From positions 384,001-448,000 of the forward strand of contig CAVOHZ010000008.1 in the NCBI GenBank assembly GCA_963695855.1: a stretch of DNA of 64,000 nt, written 5' to 3'. The position numbers were made by a program, and so were the translations under genes. Shown here one piece after another: positions 48,036 to 58,505 of this stretch. The notes beneath the pieces are model-generated. The model had not been told where the DNA came from. It worked only from the letters and a program-made list of their open reading frames with translations, and ran no database searches. Positions within the stretch are counted from its first letter, which is position 1, and each line of letters starts with the position of its first letter. Source of the stretch: an uncultured Nitrososphaerales archaeon. Its GTDB lineage: Archaea > Thermoproteota > Nitrososphaeria > Nitrososphaerales > Nitrososphaeraceae.

Positions 48036-48527
48036 TTACTTCGTTTCTTGTTCTTGATCCTCAATTTTTTTGAGTTCTGTTTTGAGAAATTCCTTATATT
48101 TTTCTCGTTCTTGTTCTGTCATCTTGTCAAGATTTGCACTTAAAGTTGATCCTACAGACGATACTCTATCTATCAAATCCATAGCCACAAACTTACCAAT
48201 ATTTCCTAATCTAAACATTACATCCAATTGTTTTTGTAGAGTTTTTTGAACCGATTGAATATCATCTGCAATACCCAGGCCTTTATGGGTTATTTTATAT
48301 TTTCCATTTTCTATCTCAGTAATTAAACCTTCTTCTAGCAATCTACCTAGCATGGGATAAATTAAACCAGGAGAAGGTTTCCATTTGCCTTCACTTTGAT
48401 ATATTGCATAATCAATGATTTCTTTCCCAGTCATTGGTTTTTCCTTTAATAAGTTTAAAATGTAGTGCCTTGAAAATCCTCTAGGAATCACACTATTTAC
48501 TCTAGAAAACCAATGAGATATCATCAA
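48036..48527 (-). CDS. PadR-family transcriptional regulator
   Basis: PRGFSRHYIL, PMTGKEI, WKPSPGLIYP and YKITHKG motifs. Confidence 0.92.
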   Translation of the reverse strand: MMISHWFSRVNSVIPRGFSRHYILNLLKEKPMTGKEIIDYAIYQSEGKWKPSPGLIYPMLGRLLEEGLITEIENGKYKITHKGLGIADDIQSVQKTLQKQLDVMFRLGNIGKFVAMDLIDRVSSVGSTLSANLDKMTEQEREKYKEFLKTELKKIEDQEQETK

Positions 48528-48665
48528 ACTTGGTATATCGCTAGCGATTTATTAAGATTTCTTTGTTACTAAAAACACTATAATTTTTTTAATTGACATG
48601 CAAATTATCATGATTTGAATTCTTTTCTTTAAAAACATATATCTAGTTTTTATTCTAAATGTTTA

Positions 48666-48827
48666 ATGACAATGAAATGTCCTATCTGTGGGTCGCTTAT
48701 GATTTGGTTAAATGGATCTATCAGTCATGATCCTCCAATAAAGTATTATACATGTAGAGGTTGTAAAATTGGAGTTTCAAGATATTCGGAAACTAGCTAC
48801 GATGTGTACGAAACAGAAAAAAATTGA
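48666..48827 (+). CDS. Small zinc-ribbon protein (53 aa; not in ORF track)
   Basis: MTMKCPICGSLMIWLNGSISHDPPIKYYTCRGCKIGVSRYSETSYDVYETEKN contains CPxCG and CxxC. Divergent from padR. Confidence 0.75.
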   Translation: MTMKCPICGSLMIWLNGSISHDPPIKYYTCRGCKIGVSRYSETSYDVYETEKN

Positions 48828-48923
48828 TTACCTTAAACTAAATATCTAAATTAAATCCAAATTTTTTCGATTTTTATAATAAATAATCTAAAATTAATAA
48901 GCTTGTTTAATCAGTAAAATTCT

Positions 48924-49793
48924 ATGAAAAAATTCGAAGTAATTTCTCTAAAAGAACGCCTTGAAAAAAAAGATGAAATCATTGTTCTTCCAGGAGTCTA
49001 TGATGCATTAAGTGCAAGGATAGCTCAAAATGTGGGATTTAATGCTGCTTTTCAAACCGGTTATGGTACATCAGCAACACTACTCGGGATGCCAGATTTT
49101 GGGTTTCTGAATGCAGGAGAAACAGTAGATAATGCTAGAAGGATTATTAATTCTGTAGATATTCCAATTCTGGTTGACATAGATACCGGATACGGGAATC
49201 CTCTAAATGTATGGAGAACGGTAACCGACATTGAGAAATTGGGTGCAGGTGGTATTTTTCTTGAAGATCAAGTTTGGCCTAAAAGATGTGGTCATATGAA
49301 GGGTAAATCAGTTATATCAAAGGAGGATTACGTTCAAAAGTTGAAAGCAGCAATAGATGCAAGGAAAAGCAAAGATTTCATCATTGTTGCAAGAACGGAT
49401 TCTTTGGCTCAATACGGCATAGATGAAGCCATAGAAAGAGGAAAGGAATTTCAAAAAATAGGCGCAGATGTTATATTTATTGAAGCTCCAAAAACTCTAG
49501 AAGAAATGAAAAAAATTACTGCTGAAATTGATGCACCTCTTTTAGCCAATATGATTGAAGAAGGTGTAACACCGAATCTTCCTGCAAAGGATTTGGAAAA
49601 ACTTGGCTTCAGTATGGTAGTTTTTCCACTATCTGGATTATATTCGTCTACATATGCAATTAAGAATGTCTTTCTTTCTCTCCACAAGACAGGGATGACA
49701 AAAAACTTAAAAAAGAAAATGATTACCTTTAAAGAATTTAATGATTTTGTAAATCTTCCTAAATATAATCAGTTAGAAAAAAAATATTCGTAA
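48924..49793 (+). CDS. prpB: Isocitrate lyase/PEP mutase family protein (2-methylisocitrate lyase-like)
   Basis: DIDTGYG, EDQVWPKRCGH, ARTD and FIEA motifs. Confidence 0.85.
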   Translation: MKKFEVISLKERLEKKDEIIVLPGVYDALSARIAQNVGFNAAFQTGYGTSATLLGMPDFGFLNAGETVDNARRIINSVDIPILVDIDTGYGNPLNVWRTVTDIEKLGAGGIFLEDQVWPKRCGHMKGKSVISKEDYVQKLKAAIDARKSKDFIIVARTDSLAQYGIDEAIERGKEFQKIGADVIFIEAPKTLEEMKKITAEIDAPLLANMIEEGVTPNLPAKDLEKLGFSMVVFPLSGLYSSTYAIKNVFLSLHKTGMTKNLKKKMITFKEFNDFVNLPKYNQLEKKYS

Positions 49794-49879
49794 TAATTTT
49801 TCATTTTTATAATTCTATTTCAAAGTTATATGAATTAATAATTATATAATACCTAATATTGTTACCAATGTAGTATAGT

Positions 49880-51307
49880 TTGAATATAATTAAAACAAAT
49901 CTTATTGAATCTATATCGCTTATTAAGAAGAATGAATCAGTTATAGATCAAAAAACAAATCTTTATTCTAACAGTCTATATACAAGAAAATTTATTTGCA
50001 ACAATCAGATCGCACACGGCAATTCAAAAAATATATGGATTCAGGCTTATGGATGTTCTGCAAATTTTGCAGATTCTGAAATAATAAGTGGATTGTTACA
50101 AAAACATGGATATAAAATTGTAAGTGAAGAATGTAAATCCGATCTTAATATTATAGTAACTTGCTCAGTTAAAGATTCTACTGAACACAAAATTCTTCAT
50201 CAGATAGGCAATTTGACAAAGTCAAAGAAACCATTATTGGTAGCAGGATGTCTTCCAAAAACTGAAAGAAAAAAAATAGAAGAAATTAACCCTAACGCTA
50301 GTCTACTAGGCCCAAATTCATTAGATAAAACCCTGGAATTAGTCGAATTAACAAAATATAATAAAAAGGGTGTATTTCTTGCTGATTCTGATATCGAAAA
50401 GATCAATTTACCGAGAATTAGAATAAATAAAGCTATTAGCATGGTACAAATAGCTACTGGCTGTTTGAGTCAATGTTCTTTTTGTCAGACAAAAATTGCG
50501 AAGGGCGGGCTCAAAAGTTATCGTCTCGGATCAATCATTAGGCAGGTACAAAATGATATTTCAGAAGGATATAAGGAAATATGGCTAACCTCTACTGATA
50601 ACGGATGTTATGGAAAAGATATTAATTCAACTCTCGTTGAATTATTGGAATCATGTGCTTCAATTTCTGGAAATTATAAAATAAGAGTAGGGATGATGAA
50701 TCCCATGCATCTGACTGATCTACTAGATGGGTTAATAAGAATTTATAAAGAGTCTGACAAAATTTTCAAATTTATACATATCCCTGTTCAAAGTGGAAGT
50801 CAAAGAATTTTAAAGAAAATGTTTCGCAGTGATGATATTAATTCCTTCAAAAACATTATATCTAAATTTAGGAAAGAAATTCCAGAGGTAACAATTGCTA
50901 CTGATATTATAGTAGGGTTTCCTGGAGAATCGGATGCTGATTTCAATTCAACAAAAGATTTGATTCGCGAGACAAAACCAGATATTGTAAATATCTCAAA
51001 ATACAGTTCCAGATATGGTACGCAATCTTCAAAATTAAAAAAAATAAGGTCAGACATTGTTAAAAATCGCACCACTGTCTTGCATACACTCTGTCGTTCT
51101 ATATCTAAAGAAAGAAATTCTCTGTGGAAAAATTGGCAAGGTGACATTTTTCTTGATGAAATAAATAATAATATTATTCAAGGCAGAAATTATGCATACA
51201 AATCTGTAATCATACAAGGCGATAGATTGAAGTTAGCTATTGGAGACACAGTCACAGTAAAAATCTCGAACTATTCTACTTATTCTCTATTCTGCAAATT
51301 GATATGA
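49880..51307 (+). CDS. tRNA t6A37 methylthiotransferase (archaeal MtaB/MiaB-like radical SAM)
   Basis: YGCSAN, TCSVK, AGCLP, GCLSQCSFC, PVQSGS, TDIIVGFPGE and a C-terminal TRAM-like domain. Confidence 0.9.
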   Translation: MNIIKTNLIESISLIKKNESVIDQKTNLYSNSLYTRKFICNNQIAHGNSKNIWIQAYGCSANFADSEIISGLLQKHGYKIVSEECKSDLNIIVTCSVKDSTEHKILHQIGNLTKSKKPLLVAGCLPKTERKKIEEINPNASLLGPNSLDKTLELVELTKYNKKGVFLADSDIEKINLPRIRINKAISMVQIATGCLSQCSFCQTKIAKGGLKSYRLGSIIRQVQNDISEGYKEIWLTSTDNGCYGKDINSTLVELLESCASISGNYKIRVGMMNPMHLTDLLDGLIRIYKESDKIFKFIHIPVQSGSQRILKKMFRSDDINSFKNIISKFRKEIPEVTIATDIIVGFPGESDADFNSTKDLIRETKPDIVNISKYSSRYGTQSSKLKKIRSDIVKNRTTVLHTLCRSISKERNSLWKNWQGDIFLDEINNNIIQGRNYAYKSVIIQGDRLKLAIGDTVTVKISNYSTYSLFCKLI

Positions 51308-51427
51308 ATTTACAAATTCAGTTTTTTTATTCTAAGACTACTTCCTCTCCTTGGCAACATTGGATAACACAATAAATTTAAAGTCATTGTTGAGCCTTAT
51401 AATATTCAAAAATATGAAAGTTACAAA

Positions 51428-51757
51428 TTAGTTTTCTTTGGTTATTTCTTCATCTGATACTTTTTTTTCTGTTTTAGAATCTTTTAAGATATCCTGATAT
51501 GACGATACTAATATGGAATTATCTTCTGTTGTCATTTTTACACGAATCTTTCTCGGTGGATTCGTTTTTCCTCGTCTCCATATTTCTTCGTTCAATTCCT
51601 GATCTATTTTTACATTCTCATTTTTCATATGTCGTTTAGTAAATTCTTTTATCATGTTAATTACTCTATCAGTTCTTCTATATCGTGGGGTTAACCATGC
51701 CTTGCTAAGATTTATAGTATAAACATGAGTTGCACCTTCATCAGATTTTGACATCAC
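51428..51757 (-). CDS. rpl31e: 50S ribosomal protein L31e
   Basis: YTINL, LNEEIWRRG and PPRKIRV motifs. Confidence 0.95.
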   Translation of the reverse strand: MMSKSDEGATHVYTINLSKAWLTPRYRRTDRVINMIKEFTKRHMKNENVKIDQELNEEIWRRGKTNPPRKIRVKMTTEDNSILVSSYQDILKDSKTEKKVSDEEITKEN

Positions 51758-51772
51758 TCATACCTCGCATTT

Positions 51773-51931
51773 CTATCCTATATTTACATCAGATCTTCTC
51801 CAAGATCTTCTTTTTGGGTTTGTTCTGACTTGTCTGTGGGTTCTTATAATGACCCAGGCTGGCACCGGCCTATTTTGCCTCATTTTTTTGATTAATCTTT
51901 TTTTTCTGGATGTATTTTTTCGGGCAGCCAT
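51773..51931 (-). CDS. rpl39e: 50S ribosomal protein L39e (not in ORF track)
   Basis: Manual translation [52 protein letters not shown]; lies upstream of rpl31e. Confidence 0.96.
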   Translation of the reverse strand: MAARKNTSRKKRLIKKMRQNRPVPAWVIIRTHRQVRTNPKRRSWRRSDVNIG

Positions 51932-52223
51932 TCTCATAAATAAATATTTTTCCGCCTTTTAAGTGTTGGTGTGTATAAGTCTGAACGAAGACTTTATAAC
52001 AAATTATTCTTTCATAAGACAATAATCAAACTTAATAAAACATTTTAACCTAATAAAATTTTATTAAAATGATTGAGCTCTGTGAAATATGCTATGATTT
52101 TATGAAAACTATTGGAAATAAAGACAAAATCAAAATAACCGTTGTTGAAAAAAAACAGTGTAAGGGAATATATCATAAAAAATTAGTGGATAGTTTCAAA
52201 ACATAATAGATTTGTTTCACTGA

Positions 52224-52400
52224 TTATTTTTTGAAATTACAATGTCTGCATGAATCATAAACATCACCATCAAGGTGGTTAAAATGAGTTCCACAAGTCT
52301 TGCAAGTATGATGAACCTCATCGAATCCATCGTTTGCTATGAATTCAAAATAATTCAAATCTGAACTCTTGCATTTAATACATCTACATCTACAAAACAT
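52224..52400 (-). CDS. Small Cys/His-rich metal-binding protein (58 aa; not in ORF track)
   Basis: MFCRCRCIKCKSSDLNYFEFIANDGFDEVHHTCKTCGTHFNHLDGDVYDSCRHCNFKK has 8 Cys (three CxxC) and 5 His. Confidence 0.8.
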   Translation of the reverse strand: MFCRCRCIKCKSSDLNYFEFIANDGFDEVHHTCKTCGTHFNHLDGDVYDSCRHCNFKK

Positions 52401-52485
52401 TAGTAAATTTACATTTTTTCCAGTATAATATAGTTTTTCTTAACTTTTAAAAAAATTTATTTCACTATGTTCTTGAATTATGTTC

Positions 52486-53532
52486 ATGCCAAAAGCTGTT
52501 CGCTTCCATAAAGTTGATAAACCACTTAAAATAGAAGTAGATTTTCATAAAATAGGTTCCAATGTAGTCCTAAAAATTCAGGCCTCGTCGTTATGCTACA
52601 GTGATGTACACGTTACTACTTGAGTTATTCCTGTGAAAGACCTATTACTCTTGGTCACCAAATATGTGGAGAAATCGAGCAACTTGGAAAATCGAGCAAC
52701 TTGGAGATAATATAATCGATTTTAAAAAAGGCGACAAAACTGTTGTTTACTTTATATCTTCTTGTGGTGAATGTGATCAATGTGTAGTTGGTAATTTGAG
52801 CACTTGTAATCATATTTACGAATCATCAATGTATGGTTTTTCAACAATCGGTGGGTTTGCAGAATACATGAAAGTCAATGCAAAAAATCTCGTTAAGGTT
52901 ACTGGTAACATTCCTCCAGAATTTCTTGCAAATTTAGGCTGTGCTGGAATAACTGCTCTTCATGCAGTAAATTTTCTTAGTCAGGTAAATTTGGGTGACA
53001 CAATTGCTGTCTATGGAACAGGGGCAGTTGGAATGTATGTTTTACAACTAGCGAAGTTATCTGGAGCAAAAAACTGCAATAGCTATTGGAAGATCGGAAA
53101 AAAAATTACAGCTTGCTAGAAGATGCTCTTTTGCAGATGAAACAGTAAATCTCAATGAAAATCTTTCAGACAGAATCAAAGAAATAACCGATGGTTTGGG
53201 TGTCGAATACGTGTTCGATATCGTTGTATCTGGTGAGTTTAAACAAATCTTCTAAAATTATCTCTAATAATGGCAAGACAATCTTGGTTGGAATAGGCAG
53301 TGAACCAATTTCAGTCAATCCCAAAAGACTTACCTTTAAGGAAAACTGTATTATAGGTTCTAATGTAGGCACTAAGAGTGAATTGAAGCTTCTTATAGGC
53401 CTTGCCTAGAAAAATATTCTAAAATCTGCTTCAAATACCAAGTATAGATTGGATGAAGCAAACCATGTCTTTAATTTATTTAGGGATGGAAAAATTAGAG
53501 GTAGAGCATTCTTTGATCCCACATCACGATAA
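52486..53532 (+). pseudogene. Zinc-dependent alcohol dehydrogenase (MDR family) pseudogene
   Basis: MPKAVRFH, LCYSDVH then TGA, LGHQICG, CGECDQC..C, GTGAVG and GKIRGRA. Several stops and frameshifts. Confidence 0.9.
52672..52705 (+). repeat. 17-bp tandem duplication AAATCGAGCAACTTGGA x2 disrupting the ADH frame
   Basis: Read directly from the sequence. Confidence 0.9.
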
Positions 53533-53604
53533 TGACATTTCAATCGAAATAATTAACATTGAAGAAAATTGAAAAATTATTTATTTGTTAATGATTCACT
53601 CTCA

Positions 53605-53913
53605 TCATTGAGGACTTTCTCTAAAAGCCTGTGATTGATCATTCTCTTCTGGCTCAATCCTATATTTTCTTACCATCAAAAGTAAAATCAAACTAAATAA
53701 GGCCAATGCTATTGCAAGACCCTGGGCACCGCCATTTGGAATATAAAAATAGTATATGATTGCAAACACAATACATGTTATGGCCTGTGTTAGATATTGC
53801 AAAGATTTTTTAATACATTTTTTCTTCGAAATAAATGCGGTTCCAAATATTGCGATAGCTGGATATATCGTTAACAAAATAAATTGATCAATTTCTATAC
53901 CGTTATGTGTCAA
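53605..53913 (-). CDS. Small hypothetical membrane protein (three TM segments)
   Basis: Hydrophobic 102-aa ORF. Confidence 0.7.
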   Translation of the reverse strand: MTHNGIEIDQFILLTIYPAIAIFGTAFISKKKCIKKSLQYLTQAITCIVFAIIYYFYIPNGGAQGLAIALALFSLILLLMVRKYRIEPEENDQSQAFRESPQ

Positions 53914-53984
53914 CTTTTAATCTAATATCTTTTCATAATATCTTTCTTTCTTCATTCATTTTTATGTCACTATGTATTGTTATT

Positions 53985-54569
53985 TTAATCAAAACTGGCA
54001 AAAATCTCAGTAGCTATTTTATTGTTTATTAAGGAAATTGCATTTTCGAGAGGTAAATTCGCAACGTCCTCGCAATTAAAAGGTCCATATTTTGCCATGT
54101 CAACACCAACAAATTGTTCCATAGGTTTCATAAATCTAATGAGTACTTTTTTCCTTTTAATTCTTTCACAAATCTTTTCCAAAACCTTCGGCTGTCCATT
54201 ATTTATTAAAGAAAATATCTCATCCAATCTCTTTCTTGATTGATGTTCTCCATCTAGAATGTATTTTTCTTCATCGGATATTTTAGAGTAATCTATCTCA
54301 AAAACTTTTTGAGTCTTCTCCAACTCATGAATTTTTTCCAATCTTATTTGTAAAAGAAGACTAGAAATATCTGAAAACATTTCACTCATCTTTATTACTA
54401 TTATTTTTTCTTGTGTTTCATATTCATTTATTTTTAGGTTGTTTATACTTCCTGCTATTTTTTGATAAATGTCATAAGGAATTTCCTGCAAAGTAGCATT
54501 TTGAAACTCTTTTAATAGGATATTGTAAGCTATTTCTAGACTTAAATTATCTGTAGTATTATTGGACAT
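53985..54569 (-). CDS. DNA replication GINS complex subunit (Gins15/Gins51 type)
   Basis: Helical A-domain with IRLEKI and C-terminal B-domain FVGVDMAKYGPF..EDVANLP..NA..LI. Confidence 0.85.
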   Translation of the reverse strand: MSNNTTDNLSLEIAYNILLKEFQNATLQEIPYDIYQKIAGSINNLKINEYETQEKIIVIKMSEMFSDISSLLLQIRLEKIHELEKTQKVFEIDYSKISDEEKYILDGEHQSRKRLDEIFSLINNGQPKVLEKICERIKRKKVLIRFMKPMEQFVGVDMAKYGPFNCEDVANLPLENAISLINNKIATEIFASFD

Positions 54570-54679
54570 TAAATTATCATATTCAGGTAATTATGATAAT
54601 TTATAAATAATTCTTTTTTTCTTTAATACTCGTTTTTCTAAAAGCTTTATTATTAGATCTTCACCAATATTGAACTAAA

Positions 54680-55460
54680 TTGCCGTATAAGATTTTTGAG
54701 GGTAATATAGAACCCCTAACTTTTACGACCGAAGATGTAATGGACAAGATAAGAAATGATAATATAAAGTTCATTGGTTTGCAATTTACTAGTCTCTTTG
54801 GAAGGTTTCATCACATTACAATCCCTTCTAATATGTTCAAGAAAGGAGATTTTGAAAGCGGGTTGCCAAAGATTGATGGATCTTCTATTCATGGATTTAC
54901 AGAAATACATGAATCTGATCTAATCGTTCGTCCTGATCCTTCTACATATGCTACGATCCCTTGGATTTCAGAATATCCTACTGCCAGATTAATTTGTGAT
55001 ATATTAAGTGGTGGTTCAAAACGAAACCAATTTCCAAGAGATCCACGAGGTATCGCAAAGAAAGCCGAACAGCAGGTACATGATAACGGATACGAGTTAT
55101 CGTACTGGGGCCCAGAAATTGAATTTTTTGTATTTGATAAACTAATGGTAGATACATTAACACCATATCGTAGCCAAAGCTACGAAATAATTTCTAGGGA
55201 AGCACCATGGTCGTCAGATGGATCCGATTAATGAGGATATTTTCAAGATGAGTTCTAAAAGAAGAACGGAATTAAAGATTAAGCAATTGCCATCCAGTTT
55301 GCTTGAGGCTGCAGAGGCTCTTGAAAGTGATCGAGAATTTTTGAAGCCAATTTTCGATGATGAAATTATATATAAAATAATTGAACATGGTTTAAAAGAA
55401 TACTGAGAAGTTACTCTGAGACCGCATCTACATGAATTTTCACTTTATGCTGATGTATAA
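54680..55460 (+). pseudogene. glnA: Type I glutamine synthetase pseudogene with a large internal deletion
   Basis: The N-terminal part (LQFTSLFG, IDGSSIHGF, PRDPR, GPEIEFF) is joined out of frame to the C-terminal tail (QLPSSLLEA, RPH..EF.LY.DV). Extra TGA at 55404-55406. Only about 780 bp remain. Confidence 0.9.
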
Positions 55461-55501
55461 TTTTTACAATAAGTATATCATCAAATGAGTTTGAACAATT
55501 C

Positions 55502-55789
55502 TCATCTTAATTTGTCGATAATTTCAGCCAACTTGAAATCCTGATCACTAATTCCATTGATGTCATGTGTAAAAAGCAATATTCTCACTTTGTTATAGAC
55601 ATTATATAATTCTGGATGGTGGTTTATTTTTTCTGCTTCGATTGCTATCTTTGATATAAATCCAAAAGCCTGAGTAAAATTCTGAAATTCAAACATTTTG
55701 TTTAGTTTGCCGTCTTTTATACTCCAACCATCCATCTCGTCTAACCTATGGTTTATCTCCTCTGTGGAAAGTATTGGATGTTTATTCAA
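55502..55789 (-). CDS. Pterin-4-alpha-carbinolamine dehydratase
   Basis: AEKINHHPE and THD..GIS..D..LA motifs. Confidence 0.93.
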   Translation of the reverse strand: MNKHPILSTEEINHRLDEMDGWSIKDGKLNKMFEFQNFTQAFGFISKIAIEAEKINHHPELYNVYNKVRILLFTHDINGISDQDFKLAEIIDKLR

Positions 55790-55950
55790 TTATTAATAAT
55801 TTTTGTTCTTCCCATATATTGTTATATCTATTATTTCTAAGCGGAAACTAAATACCTAGAAATTTGTATTAGATTTGTTTTATTAATTTCTCATTATTAT
55901 TCACAAATGATAACGAAATATAAATAAAGCTGATAAATACTCTTCCGTGT

Positions 55951-57258
55951 ATGAGCTCAAGCAAAAAACCACACATGAATCTAGTGGTTACAGGACATGT
56001 AGATAATGGTAAATCTACTATAGTTGGTCATTTAATGGTTGATCTAGGGGTTATTGATCAAAGAACTATAGACCAATTTGCAAAAGAATCAGAAGCTACT
56101 GGTAAAGGGGATACTTTCAAGTATGCCTGGGTTTTAGATAGTATTAAGGATGAACGAGATCGGGGCATTACTATTGATTTAGCATTTCAAAAATTTGAAA
56201 CTCAAAAATTCTTCTTTACTTTGATTGATGCACCCGGACATAGGGATTTTATAAAAAATATGATAACCGGTGCTTCCGAAGCAGATGTAGCCATACTTGT
56301 AGTTTCCACAAAACCAGGAGAGACTGAAGCTGCTACGGAGCCGGGGGGACAGGCTAGAGAACACGCATTTTTATGTAGGACATTAGGTGTAGGACAGGTA
56401 GTTGTGGCATTGAATAAAATGGATGACTCTAAATATTCAGAAGCTCGCTATAATGAAGTTAAAGGGGTAGTAGAAAAAATGTTAAAAATGGTAGGATATA
56501 ATACAGCCAAAGTAAATTTTGTCCCAGTTTCAGGCTGGAAAGGTGATAACTTGGTTAAAAAATCTGATAATATGGCTTGGTACAAAGGGCCATCTCTTCT
56601 TGAAGCTTTAGACTCCTTTGATCCACCAGAAAAACCAATTGGTAAATCATTGAGAATTCCTATACAAGACGTATATACTATAACAGGTGTTGGAACAGTA
56701 CCAGTTGGCAGAGTTGAAACAGGAGTAGTAAGAGCTAATGATAAAGTTATAGTAATGCCAGCAGGAGTTACAGGTGAGGTAAAGTCTATAGAAACCCATC
56801 ACACACAAATGGAATCTGCAGAAGCTGGTGATAATATAGGTTTTAACTTAAGAGGAATTGACAAGAAATCGATTCACCGGGGAGATGTAATAGGAAGCGC
56901 TGATAGTCCTCCAAACGTTGCTAAAGAATTTGAAGCACAAATTATAGTAATTCATCATCCTACAGCTATGGCTCCTGGATATACTCCAGTTTTACATGCC
57001 CATACTGCACAGGTTGCTGCTACTCTTTCCGAGTTTGTTGCAAAAATTGATCCAAAGACAGGTGGCGTATTAGAAGACAAACCTAAATTTTTAAAGACCG
57101 GAGATGCAGCAATTGTCAAAATTAGACCAGTTAGACCTCTCGCAATCGAAACATTTAAGGAATTTCCAGAAATCGGTAGATTTGCACTTAGAGACATGGG
57201 TACTACAATAGCAGCTGGTGTAGTGAAAACTATCACTGAAAAACAAGATAAAAAATAA
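55951..57258 (+). CDS. tuf: Elongation factor 1-alpha
   Basis: GHVDNGKST, ERDRGITID, DAPGHRDF, NKMD and GRFALRDMG motifs. Confidence 0.98.
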   Translation: MSSSKKPHMNLVVTGHVDNGKSTIVGHLMVDLGVIDQRTIDQFAKESEATGKGDTFKYAWVLDSIKDERDRGITIDLAFQKFETQKFFFTLIDAPGHRDFIKNMITGASEADVAILVVSTKPGETEAATEPGGQAREHAFLCRTLGVGQVVVALNKMDDSKYSEARYNEVKGVVEKMLKMVGYNTAKVNFVPVSGWKGDNLVKKSDNMAWYKGPSLLEALDSFDPPEKPIGKSLRIPIQDVYTITGVGTVPVGRVETGVVRANDKVIVMPAGVTGEVKSIETHHTQMESAEAGDNIGFNLRGIDKKSIHRGDVIGSADSPPNVAKEFEAQIIVIHHPTAMAPGYTPVLHAHTAQVAATLSEFVAKIDPKTGGVLEDKPKFLKTGDAAIVKIRPVRPLAIETFKEFPEIGRFALRDMGTTIAAGVVKTITEKQDKK

Positions 57259-57271
57259 GTGAAACTATGCA

Positions 57272-57580
57272 ATGCCTCAGGAAGCACGAATTAAACTGAC
57301 AAGTACTAATCTTTCGACATTGGATGGTGTCTGCTCGGAAATCAAAGGTATAGGAGAGAAAAGTGGGATTAATTTGAAAGGTCCATATCCTCTTCCAACA
57401 AAAAAAATGAAGATTGTTACTAGGAAATCTCCATGTGGACAAGGCACTAACACTTGGGACAAATATGAATTGAGAATTCATCGCAGAGTAATAGACATGG
57501 GAGCAGATGATAAGGCAATTAGACAATTAATGCGCTTGCGAATTCCTGATGACGTATATATCGAAGTATCTCTGACATGA
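57272..57580 (+). CDS. rpsJ: 30S ribosomal protein S10
   Basis: GPYPLPTK, TRKSPCGQG and RIHRR motifs; downstream of tuf. Confidence 0.97.
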   Translation: MPQEARIKLTSTNLSTLDGVCSEIKGIGEKSGINLKGPYPLPTKKMKIVTRKSPCGQGTNTWDKYELRIHRRVIDMGADDKAIRQLMRLRIPDDVYIEVSLT

Positions 57581-57739
57581 TTTTATTACTTTGATTTCGA
57601 TAATATAGTACATAGAAGAATTCTAACAAACTCTAAATCACTTGCTATTTCATTTTGTCATTTATGACTGTAATGATGATTTTGTTATTTATATTTTAGA
57701 GAAAAGATATATTTTCCAAAACAAATCAATGATACTCTA

Positions 57740-58312
57740 ATGAAAGTTAACGTTTTTTTATTGTACACAATAATTGTTGCAATTCTTCTCTTTGTATGCA
57801 TTGAAATGAGTTATATGGGATCTTACGCAGAAACTCAAAAATTCAAACTCTATAAAAATCAAGATCTTAATTTTAATATTTTATATCCAATTGATTGGAA
57901 GATAGTAGAATTTTCTGATGATATTACAGATGAAGGTCTCCAAATAATCTCTAGTTTTATTTCTCCTTTGGACAATTCTATTGATGGATTCCAAGAATTT
58001 TTTACTATAAAGACAAAGTCAATAAATGATACTGATAATAAAGATCTTGTTGTCTGGGATTATTTTAATGATTATTTCTATAAAATTCAAGAGTCTAAAT
58101 CGGTAGGAAGTAGCAAGGTGAATATTTACACAAATTCATCGATAAAAACTCTTGATTATACTTTCACTCCACAACCGGGATTAATTTTGAACAAGAAAGA
58201 GGCTATATTTTTAAAGAACGACAGGATTTTTCATATTGAATTTACTTTAACAAATGATACCGCAAATTCATTTACTCCAATGATTAAAGAAATTCTTTAT
58301 TCATTTAAGTGA
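57740..58312 (+). CDS. Exported PsbP-like domain protein
   Basis: N-terminal TM/signal, F..Y.N...F.I.YP.DW pattern and C-terminal ILYSFK. Confidence 0.7.
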   Translation: MKVNVFLLYTIIVAILLFVCIEMSYMGSYAETQKFKLYKNQDLNFNILYPIDWKIVEFSDDITDEGLQIISSFISPLDNSIDGFQEFFTIKTKSINDTDNKDLVVWDYFNDYFYKIQESKSVGSSKVNIYTNSSIKTLDYTFTPQPGLILNKKEAIFLKNDRIFHIEFTLTNDTANSFTPMIKEILYSFK

Positions 58313-58505
58313 CTTTTAAATCTAAAAATAATTGTATTAATTATATTTTCTTAAAATCTTTTATCATTTTTTAAAGAATACAATTGGATCTAATAGTATA
58401 TTCACATAACTACATAACTAAATGACTCTGCCACAAATTATTATCAGATTTCAGTATCGTCAAAAAATAAAATGGTTATTTCTCTAATCAGTCTTGACAG
58501 AACTT

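Noticed and set aside
52618-52626. In-frame TGA in the ADH gene as selenocysteine or stop read-through
   Set aside because: It is not at a catalytic Cys position, and the gene has several other frameshifts and stops, so decay is the simpler explanation.
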